A stretch of 64,000 nucleotides of DNA from Paraspadella gotoi (lineage: Eukaryota; Animalia; Chaetognatha). Location: contig CM119263.1 in NCBI GenBank assembly GCA_051294375.1, positions 4,110,161 through 4,174,160 of the forward strand, read 5' to 3'. Below the pieces are notes generated by a model, which saw nothing but the letters and a program-made list of their open reading frames with translations, was not told the DNA's origin and made no database searches. A program made the position numbers and the translations under genes. Positions 1 through 12,810 of the stretch are shown one piece after another (the first letter of the stretch is position 1; every line of letters begins with the position of its first letter).

Positions 1-647
1 TCGTCCCAAAATTTTAATTTTTATTTTTTTTGCCAATTTATTTTTTATCTTTTTTTTTTCAAAGTTTTAACCGAAGAAAAAACTTTTTAAAAATTGATTG
101 TTGCTGTTGGATCGAGAAAAAAATATACTGAGATCGAAAGTCGAAAGTAGGAGATAGAAATTTTTCACATTTTTTTTTCTTTCGAAATTCGAATTTAAAA
201 CGAGAGAGACGTCTCGGTCCAAGTGAAAGAGGGAGAGAAAAAAAAAGAGATGGGGCGAAACGCCTCCGAGCGAGAAAGAGAGAGAGTCAATCCTTCGAGA
301 AGTGAGAGAGCGAGACAGAGAAGGAGACACGGAGTCACGAAGTGATTTTTTTTTCTCTCGCTCTCAGTTCAGTTTCCGGTGCGTTAGCGTCGTCGTCGTT
401 GGCGTCTCTCAATAACGGCGTCGTCAAGTTTCCCTCTTTTATAAACTCGGCGCCTTTTTTCGACTTTCGGCGCGGTATGACGCCGACGACGACGCCGACG
501 ACGACGACGATGACGATGACCTAAAATGGTCGACTTCCGCCTAGATACCGATGTTTCGACCAATGAGCCGCAAGAATCGTCGGCGACGTCAACCAATCAG
601 AAGTCGAGAAAAAGGACGCGTTGGACGCGCGGGGCCGTGGGACCCGG

Positions 648-684
<37 letters not shown>

Positions 685-797
685 TCGACGACAACAACGA
701 CGACGACGACCGATTAACACGAAAAAGAATTACAACGACAAAGAGGAAGAAAGGAACAGCGAAGAACCAAAACACGAACAACATTGGGGAAAGAGAC

Positions 798-833
<36 letters not shown>

Positions 834-2046
834 TGATGAACAAAGGAAAACTTAATCTTTGTTCTTCTTTGTTGAGGATGAAAGAAAAGTAAGTCAAGTT
901 TCGTTGTCATTGTTGTCATCATTTTTTGTGCAACAATAGTAAACTCAGCTGAGTCAGGTGAGTCCATTCGTCTCCTTATTCCTTTCATTCCTTTATTCCC
1001 CCATTCTTTCTTTCCTTTATTCCCTTATTCCTTCATTCCTTCATTCTCTCCTTTCTTCATCTCTTCATTCCTTCATTCCTTCATTCCCTCATTCCTTCAA
1101 TCCTTTATTACTTCATTCCTTTATTCTCTTCTTCCTTCATTCCTTTATTTCTTTATTCCCTCATTTCTTCATCTCTTCATTCCTTTATTCCTTCATTCCC
1201 TCATTCCTTCATTTTTTTCATTCTCTCATCCCCCATTCCTTCATTCCTTTATTTCTTCATTCCTTCATTCTCTTTTTCCTTCATTCCTTCATTCCATTAT
1301 TCCTTCATTCCTACATTCCTTCATTCCTTCATTCCTTCATTCCTTTATTCCTTCAATCCTTCATTCCTCTATTTTCGGTTCCAATTTTAATTCCATTTCT
1401 TTCATTTCTATTTTTCTCACACCACCTGTTTTTTCCTCTCTAACTCCCTTCTTAACCTTTCTCATTCTCTCCTTTCTTTCTTCTTCCTCCCATCTCTCCT
1501 CTCTTCTCTCTCTTTCTCTTTCTTTTTCTTTCCCCTCATTTCTTTATCTCTCAATCCTTTCCTTTTTTCATTCCTCCCTCTGCCCCTCTTTCCTCCCTTT
1601 CCTCCCTCCCTTCCCCCCTTTCTCCCTCTTCCCCTCTTTCCTCCCTTTCTCCCTCTCCCCCTTTCCTCCCTTTCCTTCCCCCCGCCTCTCCTCCACCCTC
1701 CATAATAATGCCACTGTTGGCGACGAGGATCACGGAATTGGGTTTCGCCGTTTTTCCTCCTTTTTTTCCTCCTTTTCTTTCCCTTTTTTTCCTTTTTTTT
1801 TCTCCATTTTTTTTAAAAACTAAAGTGAATCTTCTTCTTCTTCTAAAAAGAATCGAATGAAAAATATTCGGGTTTTGGTGACGTCAGCGCCAACCCTCCC
1901 TCCCTCTGCCCCTCTCTCCCTCCACTCTCCCCCCTTTTCCTCCCCCCTTCTCCCCCACTCCTTCTCCCCACCCAACCCTCGTCGAGGAAGCACCTGAGGC
2001 TCCTCAATCCGAATGTGAGACGCGAGTTGGGTTGGCGCCGCGGGCG

Positions 2047-2300
2047 GATTTGAATCGGCGTTGGAGAAGGGTTAGAATCGGCGTTGCAAGAGGATTTGAA
2101 TCGGCGTTGCAAGAGGATTTGAGTCGGCGTTGTAAGCAGATTTGAATCGGCGTTGCAAGAGAATTTGAATCGGCGTTGCAACAGGATTTGAGTCGGCTTT
2201 GCAAAAGGATTCGAATCGGCGTTGCAAGCGGATTTGAATCGGCTTTGCAAAAGGATTTGAATCGGCGTTGCAAAAATATTTGAATTAGACGTTGCTGGAA
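2047..2300. repeat. 23-bp minisatellite (consensus GATTTGAATCGGCGTTGCAAGAG), about 11 copies
   Basis: Tandem copies are directly visible. The unit is not a multiple of 3, so the overlapping ORFs are unlikely to be coding. Confidence 0.9.
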
Positions 2301-3291
2301 GATTTGAGACTGCAATTGTAGGAAGATTAGGCTTTGCAACCGTGTTCTGAATCGGCACGTCAAACTGGGTTAAAATCGATATTCATAAAGAATTTAAGTC
2401 TGGAACAAGTGAAGAATCAAATCCTTGTAAGGTTTGGAATCAACGAAGAAAGACTGGATTTAAATTCGAACAGATCGACTAAAGTTACACTACCGAGTTT
2501 TTCAGTTGATGTCGACATCTCACCGACGCAATGTTTCGCTCCAATTCGTTCCATTTGCAAATTTCTCTCATGGAAAAAAAAACAATCTCGTCATATTTGG
2601 ATATTATAGCAGATTCGTTGAATAATTACTGTTTTTAAAGGTTTTTTTAAAAACTTCTTATACTTTCATATGTCACGGGTTGTCACGGTTCAATCTTTTT
2701 ACATTTTCTTTTTATATTTCAGGGGCTTTGTAAGTATTTCCGTACCATACCCCTCGATACCGTAATGCCAAAATACCCTCGATCTAAGGGCGCCCTTCCC
2801 ACGCTTAACGAGAAGTACCGCCATAACTTTTTTTTTCTCGCGGCATTGTAATGCAGAGCCGCGGTATGGTAATGCGCTGCCGGTTGCGGCGGCGGGGTCG
2901 CGGGAGAGCGGCGGCAGGGGGACTGGAGAGCAGCAGCAAGGCCGCTGGAGATCGGCAGCAGGACGGCAAGACCCGCTGCCGTGCATAATCGTTAAAAAAC
3001 CAGTTCCGGCGCCGTAATATTCTTTGCCGGAAGAGCCCATCCTTCTCAAAGGCGGGAAAAAAAGAAATTCGCCGAGAATCTTGTAGGAATTTATTTTACA
3101 AGGGGGGAGGTAAGGGGGCGTGGGATGAAATGCTGGGGGCGGGTGGGGGGGCGGTAAAGAAAAAAAAAAGGTTCGCAAATCAAACTCGATTTCCCTGATA
3201 AAAATGGCGACGAAGAATAAATCACAATTTCTCGGAAATTCTTAGAAGATTCGCCTCGTGGTGACATCTTTACGGCGAATTGGAGGCGGAA

Positions 3292-3328
<37 letters not shown>

Positions 3329-3949
3329 ACGACGGCGAAGACGCTGACAACGACGACGACTACGACGCCCGATCACGTCGTCTCTCGGTGATAACTAACG
3401 TTTTATTATGCATAAAATTTGTTTTCCGCTCTTTGATTTTTATGATTTTTTTTTTTTTTTGGAGGAGGGGTTGGTAGGATAAGGTTGACGGAATTTTATT
3501 ATTATCTTCCTCGGTTGCCTAGCGACGCTTTATTTTTGGATGGAAACGATGGGAAAATAAGGGTTTCAGAAGTTTTTAAATGAGAAACTAAAAGATTTGG
3601 GATCTGAGGTGTAATATTTGCCGTTTTTGCCTTTTGATTGTTATTTATTAATATTATTATTTTATTATCCGATAGGTTGTTAGGATTTCATTTCATGCCT
3701 TTAGAATTCAAATTCTCTCAAAAAATCCATCTCATTTGAAATCTGTTTACTCTACATACTAGAACCGCAATTAAATTAAGCCCGTTTTAATTATGAAGAA
3801 GATTCGTTCGAGCGAAATTACGAAACCATATTTTCTTACGATAAAACAAGATACATACGTGATACATCATAGTATTAACAAATTTTTAATAACAGCGCCT
3901 TAAGATGAAAAATAATGTCTTTGAAAATTTCCTTTTAATCGTGCCTTAT

Positions 3950-4362
3950 CATGACTTGCTCCTGTTTCTCCCTTCACCCCTCTTCCTCCTTTTACTCCTT
4001 CTATTACTGCTACTCCTGTTTCTCCCTTTGCTCTTCATCCTCCTTTTACTCCTTTTATTACAGCTGCTCCATCTTCTCCCATTGCTCTTTTTCCTTCTTT
4101 TACTTCTTCTAATACTGCTGCTTTTGTTTCTCCCTTTGCTCCTCTTCCTCCTTTTACTCCTCATACTGCATCTCCTGTTTCTCCCTTTGCTTTTCATGCT
4201 CCTTTTACTCCTTCTATTACAGCTGCTCCATTTTCTCCCATTGCTCCTTTTCCACCTTTTACTCCTTCTAATACTGCTGCTTCTGTTTCTCCCTTTACTC
4301 CTCTTCCTCCTTTTACTCCTTCTAATACAGCTTCTGTTTCTCCCTTTGCTCCTCTCCCCCCC
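3950..4362 (-). repeat. Collagen-like (Gly-X-Y) ~54-bp tandem repeat, degenerate
   Basis: The minus strand reads GVKGGRGAKGETGAAV(I/L)E about 7 times, with three in-frame TGA codons. Confidence 0.6.
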
Positions 4363-4449
4363 CAGTCAACGACTTTCCAGGAGTCGATTTTTCATTCCAA
4401 ATTACTAAAACTAGCGTCTTCGGGAATCGGCCTGCCCTCTGGGTGGTAA

Positions 4450-4493
<44 letters not shown>

Positions 4494-4685
4494 ATTATAT
4501 AGAAAAAGTAAATAATACATTAATGCACAGATTTATTATTAAACCAATTTAACAAAGTTTGGAAATGTTTTCGTCAACGATTTTTTATTTATAAATAAAT
4601 AAAAAATCGTTGACGAAAACATTTCCAAACTTTGGTTAATCTCCTATACTCAAAACGAAGCCGAAAGGATTAACACAATGGGATT

Positions 4686-5433
4686 CGGAGAAGCCGATGC
4701 TTTTTTATTCGCGTATAATTGTTTAGTTTCGTTTTAGATCGATAGAATCATTTGTTTCCGTTGAATACCTGAATTTACTCTTCCCGCGAATCAGCCTGTT
4801 ATGTAAGCTAACCGACAAAACGAGCGTGTTTTCAGTTTTATTCTTTCACAAGTCTTTTACTCTCAACATTCAACACGTGTATAAAAATGGAAAAGGAAAA
4901 TACTTTTAATAATGTTTGTATTACTTTACTGCCCAATGTTTATTCTCTATTCTGGGAACCCAAATGAAGGTTAGTTGCATTGATTTATATGAATTGTACT
5001 TAGGTTATATATGTTCACTTATAGGTTTAAAGTTCTACTTTAATTACTAATTTAGCATGTCTCATTTTTGTAGTTTTAACTCACACTTGCCTCCTCCTTG
5101 AAACACCCACACCCCTTCCTTTCTACCTGTCCCTACCATAAATATTGTTACCCTGAGAGTTGGAAATTGTATTATCTCAAAAATGTGGTTACTATTTCTG
5201 CTTTATTACATGGTTCTAAGAATACAGTTATAGTTAAGGTGTTTTACATGATTAGAACTGTTTGGTTTCCAAAGATATTATTTGAGAGCAGTTGAACACG
5301 GATTTGAATTCAATATAAATTAGGGCACAAATAGGCACTCTACGAAGAATAGAGATGAAACTTAGATTTGTTTTACTTGCGATAATCTCGGATTATCTAG
5401 GTCGCGCGTTAAGAAGCGCTTCAAGTTTAAAAC
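4686..5433 (+). repeat. 5' LTR of the BEL/Pao element
   Basis: Colinear with 10762-11540 from GGAGAAGCCGATGC to CTTCAAGT. Ends are approximate. Confidence 0.85.
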
Positions 5434-8400
5434 TTCACCATTCTGAGTGCCATGTATGTTGGCTTCAATTGCCTTTGCCCCTCATTTTAATTACTGGTTA
5501 TTACCAAGCTCGGTTTATGATTTAAGCTTAAAGGCTTACTGATGGTTGCTATTTCCTCGTTCTTAAACCTCCAGGGGGTTCAAAGTATGAAGGTTTGGCT
5601 TTTTCCTGTTTGACAGGACACGCCTCAAGGCTTTGTCTATTGATCATGTTTGTTATAAGGATCATTGATTTTTCTTGCCATGGCTATGGCTAAGTCCACT
5701 GGAAGACGTTTTGAGGATCTGAAAGGAGAAGCTGAACAGGCATCATTAGTTGTCCATCATGCCATTGCAGCTGCAAGGACCCCGCGCCTAGAGTTGACCC
5801 TTAAGGTCACTTCAGAGTGCCAAGGATTGCTTTCTTAAGATTGTTGACAAAGTAGAAATGCCATTGAAACGTTCCGCCAAGAAGGGAAAAGACTCGTACC
5901 ATGGAGATTAAGATCAAGAGGGAGCCTTAATAGGTTTATTCGCTCTACTCGTCGAACACATACAAACCAGTCTTGATGCCATTGGGGGAAAATCGCCTCC
6001 TTCTTCACCCAACCTAGAATCTGCTCATCCCCCAACAGCCTGCTACTCTTTCTGCTGATTTTGGCTGTGAGTACCTATAGCATAACCAACCTTGCCTCCT
6101 GCTTCAGTGACATGTCATTTCCCTTCCGCCCCTCCTTGCTTCGTCTAGAGGAGAACCTACACAAGAGGATGTGCAGTCATAGTTATCTGCTGGTTGCCCA
6201 TCTCGCCTCATTCCTCAAAGAGCAAAATCTACTGGGCAGTAGCTACCTCATCAAAGCGCGATAAGCGCGCTGCTAGCTCGATGCTGCTATCCAGCTTAAA
6301 ACAACAGCAGCTTAAGCTTAATTTTTCTTCAACAGCAGCAGGAGACAGAGCAGCACCTGAGAAAGAAACAAAGAGATCAGGAAGAAGAACAGAGGAAGAG
6401 GGAGAGAGGAACAGGAAGAAGAACAGAGGAGAGCAGGCAGAGAGAACTAGAAGAGCGAAGCAAGAGGAGAACCAGAGAGCGAGGGAACTGCAGGAGCGAA
6501 CTTGGAACTCAAATATGTGCGCCAACTTGATCTGGAAGGTGCTCTGGAGAATGTGCGAACCAGTGAGGAGGGGATTCAAGAGCGGACCGCCATGTCACAT
6601 CTAATGATCGCGTTCAGAGCTTTCTGAGAAGTAGGACAACAAGCCAATTGTTCTGGCACAGGCGCACCTGATATTGTATTGAGCCAGCTATCTGGACGCC
6701 CCTTCAGGATCTGTTTTTCAATTTCTCGCTATCGCTATCTCACAGCGCTGTGGCGGGCAGTCCTACCTGGACGTCCTCTCTCGTCCTCCAGCTTCACTCT
6801 TCAAGTCAATCCATTCCAATCTCTACTACTAACCTTAGTGCCTGCCCATTATACCTCCAACCCATTTGATTCAGCTTCTTTCCCATGCTGGTTTCCATTT
6901 CTCAACCTTGTACTTTTACTCAGCCGCACACATCGCTGCCATTATCTTCGCTCCCAATGCCCTTTACCAATCCTTATCCTATCTCATCACCTCCCATCTG
7001 ACTCTCCTACAGCGACATTTCAACTACCCATTTTTCTCAATTCTATTCGCCCACCCATCACCATTTCCACAGTGCGTTATGGCGACATCAGCACTCAACC
7101 CTGCTGCAGCTTCATGGTTTCCGCACTTGCAATCACAGCATTAGGGCCACTGGAGCCTCACAACCCATCCACAGAATGCACACCGAATCGGTTATCGCTG
7201 TTCAGAACCGAGTGGCTTCGCTTCGTCCGAACGCAAATTTTAAGGGGATAGGTTTGAACGGAGCCCATTTCTTACTACAGTTTGCCGGACTCAACAAGGT
7301 GTGAGAGTTCTGCTTGACCCTCTCAGGCAGATAGTTTAGGGAATTGTTGGGAGTGGGTAGAGGGTGAGGCCTATGATTTGATTCAGAGAATTTGAATATG
7401 AAGCAGAATGCCGATGCGTCGCGTCTATACTACAGGCGAAGTTGCAAGCTCGCCAAAAGCTGGGGGCTCACCCCTGATTCCCTGCAGGGAGAAAAGCTCC
7501 AGCATCAAATTCTGAAGAAGGCAAAGGTTAAGGAAGAGCGATTCATAGTAGTGTGTCAGAAAATTTTATTATCAGCTTCAGTCTGTGGTGACGTTGCCCA
7601 ACCAGAATAACAGCTTTGAGTTGAATTGGCCTACTAACTTCCCGTCTGCAAAAAGATTTCTTGAGACGGGGCTGTTCCCTTTTGAAAGTGCCTTTGGAAC
7701 AACAGTTTAACAACGTAAAAGAATGCAGGGGGATATGATACCTGACCTTTTCCATGATTTTCCTTCAATTTCTTCTACAACGAATATGGTCAAGAAGGTG
7801 ATACTCTTCATTCAGGAGATAAATCTTTTCAAAGAGGTAAAAAGAGTAATCCGGTCAGAGGCCAATGCTGTTTTGGTGAAGTGTGGCTGAATGGGAGATC
7901 TTACCCCTTGAGCTTCCGAAACGCGCAGCCAGCTATCCTGGCTAAGAAGGTCCTAAAACCCACAGTCTTCTGCCCACACGCTGCATTCAAATAGCATGGG
8001 TCGTGCCAAGCCCAGAGTGCTCCCATTACGAGGGACGTGCAGTGTGGGTAAGGAAAGAAGTGTCATGTCTTTTTGGGCGCTGACTAAGTACCTTTTTCAG
8101 CGCGGAACTATGAAACAGATCGATCGTGTTCCGACATCCTCAAGTGGCTTTTTGCTTATAAGGAGTAGTTTGGAAAAGCTGGCCATTACTGTCTGGTCAA
8201 GTGATTGTAAGGATCCGCCAATNNNNNNNNNNNNNNNNNNNNNNNNNTCTTTTTGGCTTGCTAAGGCCCACGTGTTATCCCTCTATGAATCGGTTTCTGC
8301 CACAAAAAGTCGCAAAACCATTCCCACCGACTCTGAAATGCAACAGGAGCTATCTACTGGAATTAATTTTGCTTACAAGTTCTCAACTTGCAGGCGGACA

Positions 8401-10761
8401 AGGACCATGCTGTGATGTGTTCTTCTGCGATAGATGCTACCTGCAATCTTGTACAGATAGATTAGAAATAGGACTAACACAGTACAAGGCCATATTTTTC
8501 CAATCGTTTGAACTAACCAATTTCAGCAGGTGACAGATGTTGGACATGATGGCGTTATGTTCCCACCAATAAGAATCCAGCGGATCTGTGTTCCCTGTCG
8601 GGTATTGCATAGCCAGGTATGATATCTGCTATCCTGGAAGTTACTTTTTTGCCATGTGCGTGTCCCGAGTTTCATACTCGATTCACCTTCACTCTAGGCC
8701 TACTGAAGAAAGAAAAGGCATTTGTTGTCATAGCAGACTAGTGTTGATTTTTCAAGTGCATACTATCGCAGGCGGCCTGCCTTCGTCAGCTGTCTCAATG
8801 TCTCTTGAGGAATTGGACCTCACAATGTCTCCACTATGGAGAAGAACGGTTTGACTCAGAGCGATTTGCATCTGCTCTTCTTTTATGCAGAACGCTTCAG
8901 AGGAAAAGCGCAAGCCTGGGTCCTTGACACTTAAGATGAGCATGGCAGTGAGAACCGCGTGCTTCAACTGCCTATCCAAGGAGCAAACCATTTTGTGCTT
9001 AAAGAGATTGCTATTCCTTCACGCCAGCATGGCCTTCAGTTTCTCAGCGCCTCGGATAGTCAAAAGTTCTTTCCCTTCCCGCCTAGCCACCCATTCATTA
9101 GAAAGTGAAGGTCTCCTGAGAGTTGCGTCGGCCACTTCATGCGCCACTGTTGGAAGCAAAGAGTCATGATTCGACAGCATCCAATCATTTTGCCTGCCTC
9201 CTTCTCGTGCTATCCACCAAGATGATCATCCATTCGGCGCCAGTGCACAGAGCGAATGCGCATCAACCGGGTGCTCCTGACCAGATTCTGCGCAAAGTAT
9301 GCGGCGCAAGGTTCTTGAATCATCAGAGGTCGTGCTACTGTCAGCACATGTATTCGACTGCGCCTGCACCGCCTTGTAAACGAGGCTCATGGGAAAACTT
9401 TGCAGCCCAAGAAGAGATGAGCTCACGTTTGACCCTAGTTCTGCCGTATGGCATTGGGTCACTCTCCCTGGAGCGTGACTGAGTCGGATTTTATTTGGTC
9501 CCTTCTATGTTGAACGTCAGTGACGTCACATAACTCCACAAGCCGTCTTGGAGGTGGCTTTTTCACTCTGGTCCAGATGCGTTCGCTATCCATTTGGAAC
9601 CTCTAGGGATATATCAACTCCTGCAGGTTTTTAATGCTTTTGAACGATTTTCGTGCGCGACGCACTCCCCCCGGCTGTTTCATCAGGCTTCTTTTGCGAG
9701 CGACAATGTCCCACACAACTTTCGTGCCTGCAACCAAAGAGTTGGATGGATGCCTCTATCACACAGCTGGAACCAAGAGGCATCCCCGCAAGAACAGTTC
9801 AAGCATCAGTCGTTAATCAAGCTGCGCTCTTCACTACCCTAGCTTTGAGGCGCCCCATTGCGGAGGCGCCTCGGGAATCTCTCTGTCAAGATTAACGCAG
9901 AAAGCGCTTATTGTCCCTATCAGGGAAAAGCACGTCTCGTTACGCTTGTGTTTGGTTACCCTACTCTGGCCCTCAGTGGGAGAACATTGGTCGAACATGA
10001 TCGTCCTATTTACGAGGAATCCTATGAGAGCGCGAAGATCCGCCGCGCTTTCCCCGTCACAGTTTGCGATCCCCGGTCCTTACCTGCCTTGGTGCGCACC
10101 TGACCTGGTCCTACCGAATGTCCCATGATGGACAGTGCAGCCCGCCCACTTGCCAATGCCAGCAGCTACGTGCGCCCATTGCTCGCATGAGCTTTGGAAG
10201 CGGTGCGCTATGAGTGATATTGCCCGAGCTTGCAACAGCGCCCAGAAGTGGACGACAGTCCACACCGCGCAATCGTCACAAGAAGCGGCGACCATCGTCT
10301 TATCATCCTTGCGCGAAGACGACAAGACTACTCTCCGGACCATTGGAGCAGTCTTGCCAGATTATAGAGGAGCCGCTCGCAGAGGGATGGCACTCATTGC
10401 CGCCACTGTTGTCCGCTAGTCCGGTACTGGCCAGAAGAGTGAACTGTCCTGACGAGATTGCCCTCACACAAGCTGTCCCTCCTCGACATGCCATGAACGA
10501 AGACGGAGAAGAACTTGATATTTCCTGATTCTATCAAACGTTTAGAATTTTTATCTGTGCTACAGTGTACTACATTTTTCATTGTAGATGTTCTTTACCA
10601 TTTTTTAGCGCAGATTCGATTTTACCCCATGTTTTTATTGTAGATGGTTTTGTCATTTTTAGATTCATGATTGTACGTTCCCTATGTTTTAGCCTAACGC
10701 CATCTTTTATTTATTCGCTTTTTAATTTATCAGGGGAAAACCCTGATGGCGGGGTAGCTTA

Positions 10762-11540
10762 TGGAGAAAGCGATGCGCTTCTTTATTCGCGTATAATTGT
10801 TTAGTTTCGTTTAGATCGATAGAATCATTTGTTTTCCGCTTGAATATCTGAATTTACTCTTCCCCGCGAATCAGCTCGTTATGTAAGCCTAACCGACAAC
10901 GCAGCGTGTCGTTTCAGTTTTATCTTTCAACAAGTCTTTTACTCTCAATTCAAACACGCTGTATAAAAATAGAAAAGGAAAATACTTTAAATAATGTTTT
11001 GTATTACTTTACGCCCAATGTTTTATTCTCATATTCTCGGAACCCAAATGAAGGTTAGTTGCATTGGATTTATATGAATTGTACTCTAGGTTATATATGT
11101 TCTTATCAGCGTTAGGTTTAAAGTTCTAATTTCAATTACTAATTTAGCATCTGTCCTATTTTGTTGTAGTTTTAACTCACACCTTGCCTCTCCTTGAACA
11201 CCCACACCCCTCCTTCTTGCTACCTGTCCTAATCATAATGCTTACCAGATTACTTTGTACCTGAGATTGGAAATTGATTATCTCCAAAATGTGGTTACTA
11301 TTTCTGCTTTATTACATGGTATCTAAGAATACAGTTATAGTTAAGGTGTTTTACATGATTAGAACTGTTTGCGTTTCCAAAGATACTTATTTGAGAGCAG
11401 TTGAACACGGATTTGAATTCAATAATAATTAGGGCACAAATTAGGCACTCTAGCAAGAATAGAGATGAAACTGTAGATTTGTTTTACTTGCGATAATCTC
11501 GGATTATCTAGTCGCGCGCTTAAGAAGCTTCAAGTAAAAC
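10762..11540 (+). repeat. 3' LTR of the BEL/Pao element
   Basis: Second copy of 4686-5433, differing mostly by 1-bp indels, and preceded by a PPT-like purine tract. Confidence 0.85.
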
Positions 11541-11643
11541 CAATTTAATTTAAAAAAATTTTACTCAACCACAACCTTTTTTTTTTCTCTTTATTTATGT
11601 TTTTTTCTGCCCTTCTCTATCTCTCTCTCCGTTATTTTCTCCC

Positions 11644-11687
<44 letters not shown>

Positions 11688-12720
11688 ATTACTCTCTCTC
11701 TCTCATTACTCTCCGTTCCTCCACTGGGAAGAAAGAATATTTTCCATTGAAGTTTAAAAACGCTTCTAGAAAACCAAGATTCATTACTTTCCTTGCTAAG
11801 CTCTCTCTCTCTCTCCTCTCCTCTCTCTCCTCTCTCGTCTCTCTCTTCATGCACTGTCTCTCTCTCTCTTCTTTTAAAGGCTAAAGAAAGCGGATATCAT
11901 GCATTAATGAAAAACTTACTTAAAGTGCTTAAAATATATTTAATTAATTATTTATTAATTTCACTATGATTATTCACTACTTGTTTTATTCACACTCGAA
12001 CTTCTTTCCCACCTTCACTTGTTTTTCTTTTTTTTCTCTCCATCCCTTCCTACCCCTACCCCGCCCAACATCTAACTCTCTCTCTCTATCTCCCCCGCCG
12101 TGTCGTGCCCCCGGTCGTTGGCGCCGTCGGTGGTACGTCACCTCCTTCTCTTCCCCCTCTCTTTCGCCTCTGCTCCCGCTCCGCGACTCCATCAGAGTTT
12201 TGTCGGTCCGACGTTTTTTCTGTTCTCACTGAAGAAAAAGATGTCCGCCTCCATTTATACAGCGGACTTCCAATCCTTTTTTTTAGTAAATCGCAAATCC
12301 GCCGCCACCCGCCGCCACACGCCACACGCCACCCGCCGCCGCCTCCCCCCTCAACCACCCATCCACCATGCCACCAATGTCTCTATTTCCGCCAAAGCAA
12401 AATCCAATTTTCTTTCTAAATCCTTAATGTCGAAAGGTCTTTTGTCAACCCGTGTGAATTCGAAGAAACCTTTGTCAACATCAACGATGTAGTCGAGTTT
12501 GAGGTTTCAATCGATGTTAAAGTGAAGTCCTTTGTCGATCCAGCAATGACCAACGGTTGCCGCTTTTTTCCGAGAGTGCCATATTTCTGTTAGTTTATCC
12601 CAGAATATGAATTTAACAAGAATATCATTTAAATAAGATTTTAAACTTAAAAACCAAAACCTAACACTAATACCTGACCCTAACCGAATCTTTAACCATA
12701 GTTTAAGGTTAAGGCCTAAA

Positions 12721-12810
12721 CCCTTAACCCTTAACCCTTAACCCTTAACCCTTAACCCTTAACCCTTAACCCTTAACCCTTTACCCTTTACCTTTATCCC
12801 TTAACCCTTA
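12721..12810. repeat. Telomere-like (CCCTTAA)n / (TTAAGGG)n interstitial tract
   Basis: About 8 perfect heptamers followed by degenerate copies, within CCTAAC-rich flanks (~12650-12900). Confidence 0.85.

Larger units (their letters stand above)
4686..11540 (+). mobile_element. BEL/Pao-family LTR retrotransposon (frameshifted and gapped in this assembly)
   Basis: Direct repeats of ~750 bp at both ends. Plus-strand motifs read across frameshifts: gag-like EGEAYDLIQ (~7360); zinc-knuckle-like GH..SSDC (~8170-8215); RNase H KTIP(R)LEM (~8315) and YVPTNKNPADLCS (~8555-8595); integrase RQHPIILP (~9172), IIRGRATV, GPFYV (~9495), F.ARRTPP; C-terminal LWKR..LQQRP.W; stop at 10528; purine tract GGCGGGGTAG at ~10748. 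Confidence 0.88.

Noticed and set aside
958-1733. Phe/Ser/Leu-rich or Arg/Glu-rich ORFs (also near 16.2-18.2, 22, 34 and 58 kb)
   Set aside because: They are translations of CATTCCTT, (CT)n and purine/pyrimidine simple repeats.
2047-2300. CRISPR-like array
   Set aside because: Units are contiguous with no unique spacers, and the context is eukaryotic. It is a minisatellite.
10080-10343. SWIM zinc finger (minus ORF) or viral nucleoprotein (plus ORF)
   Set aside because: The region is explained by the frameshifted C-terminal part of the BEL/Pao integrase on the + strand.
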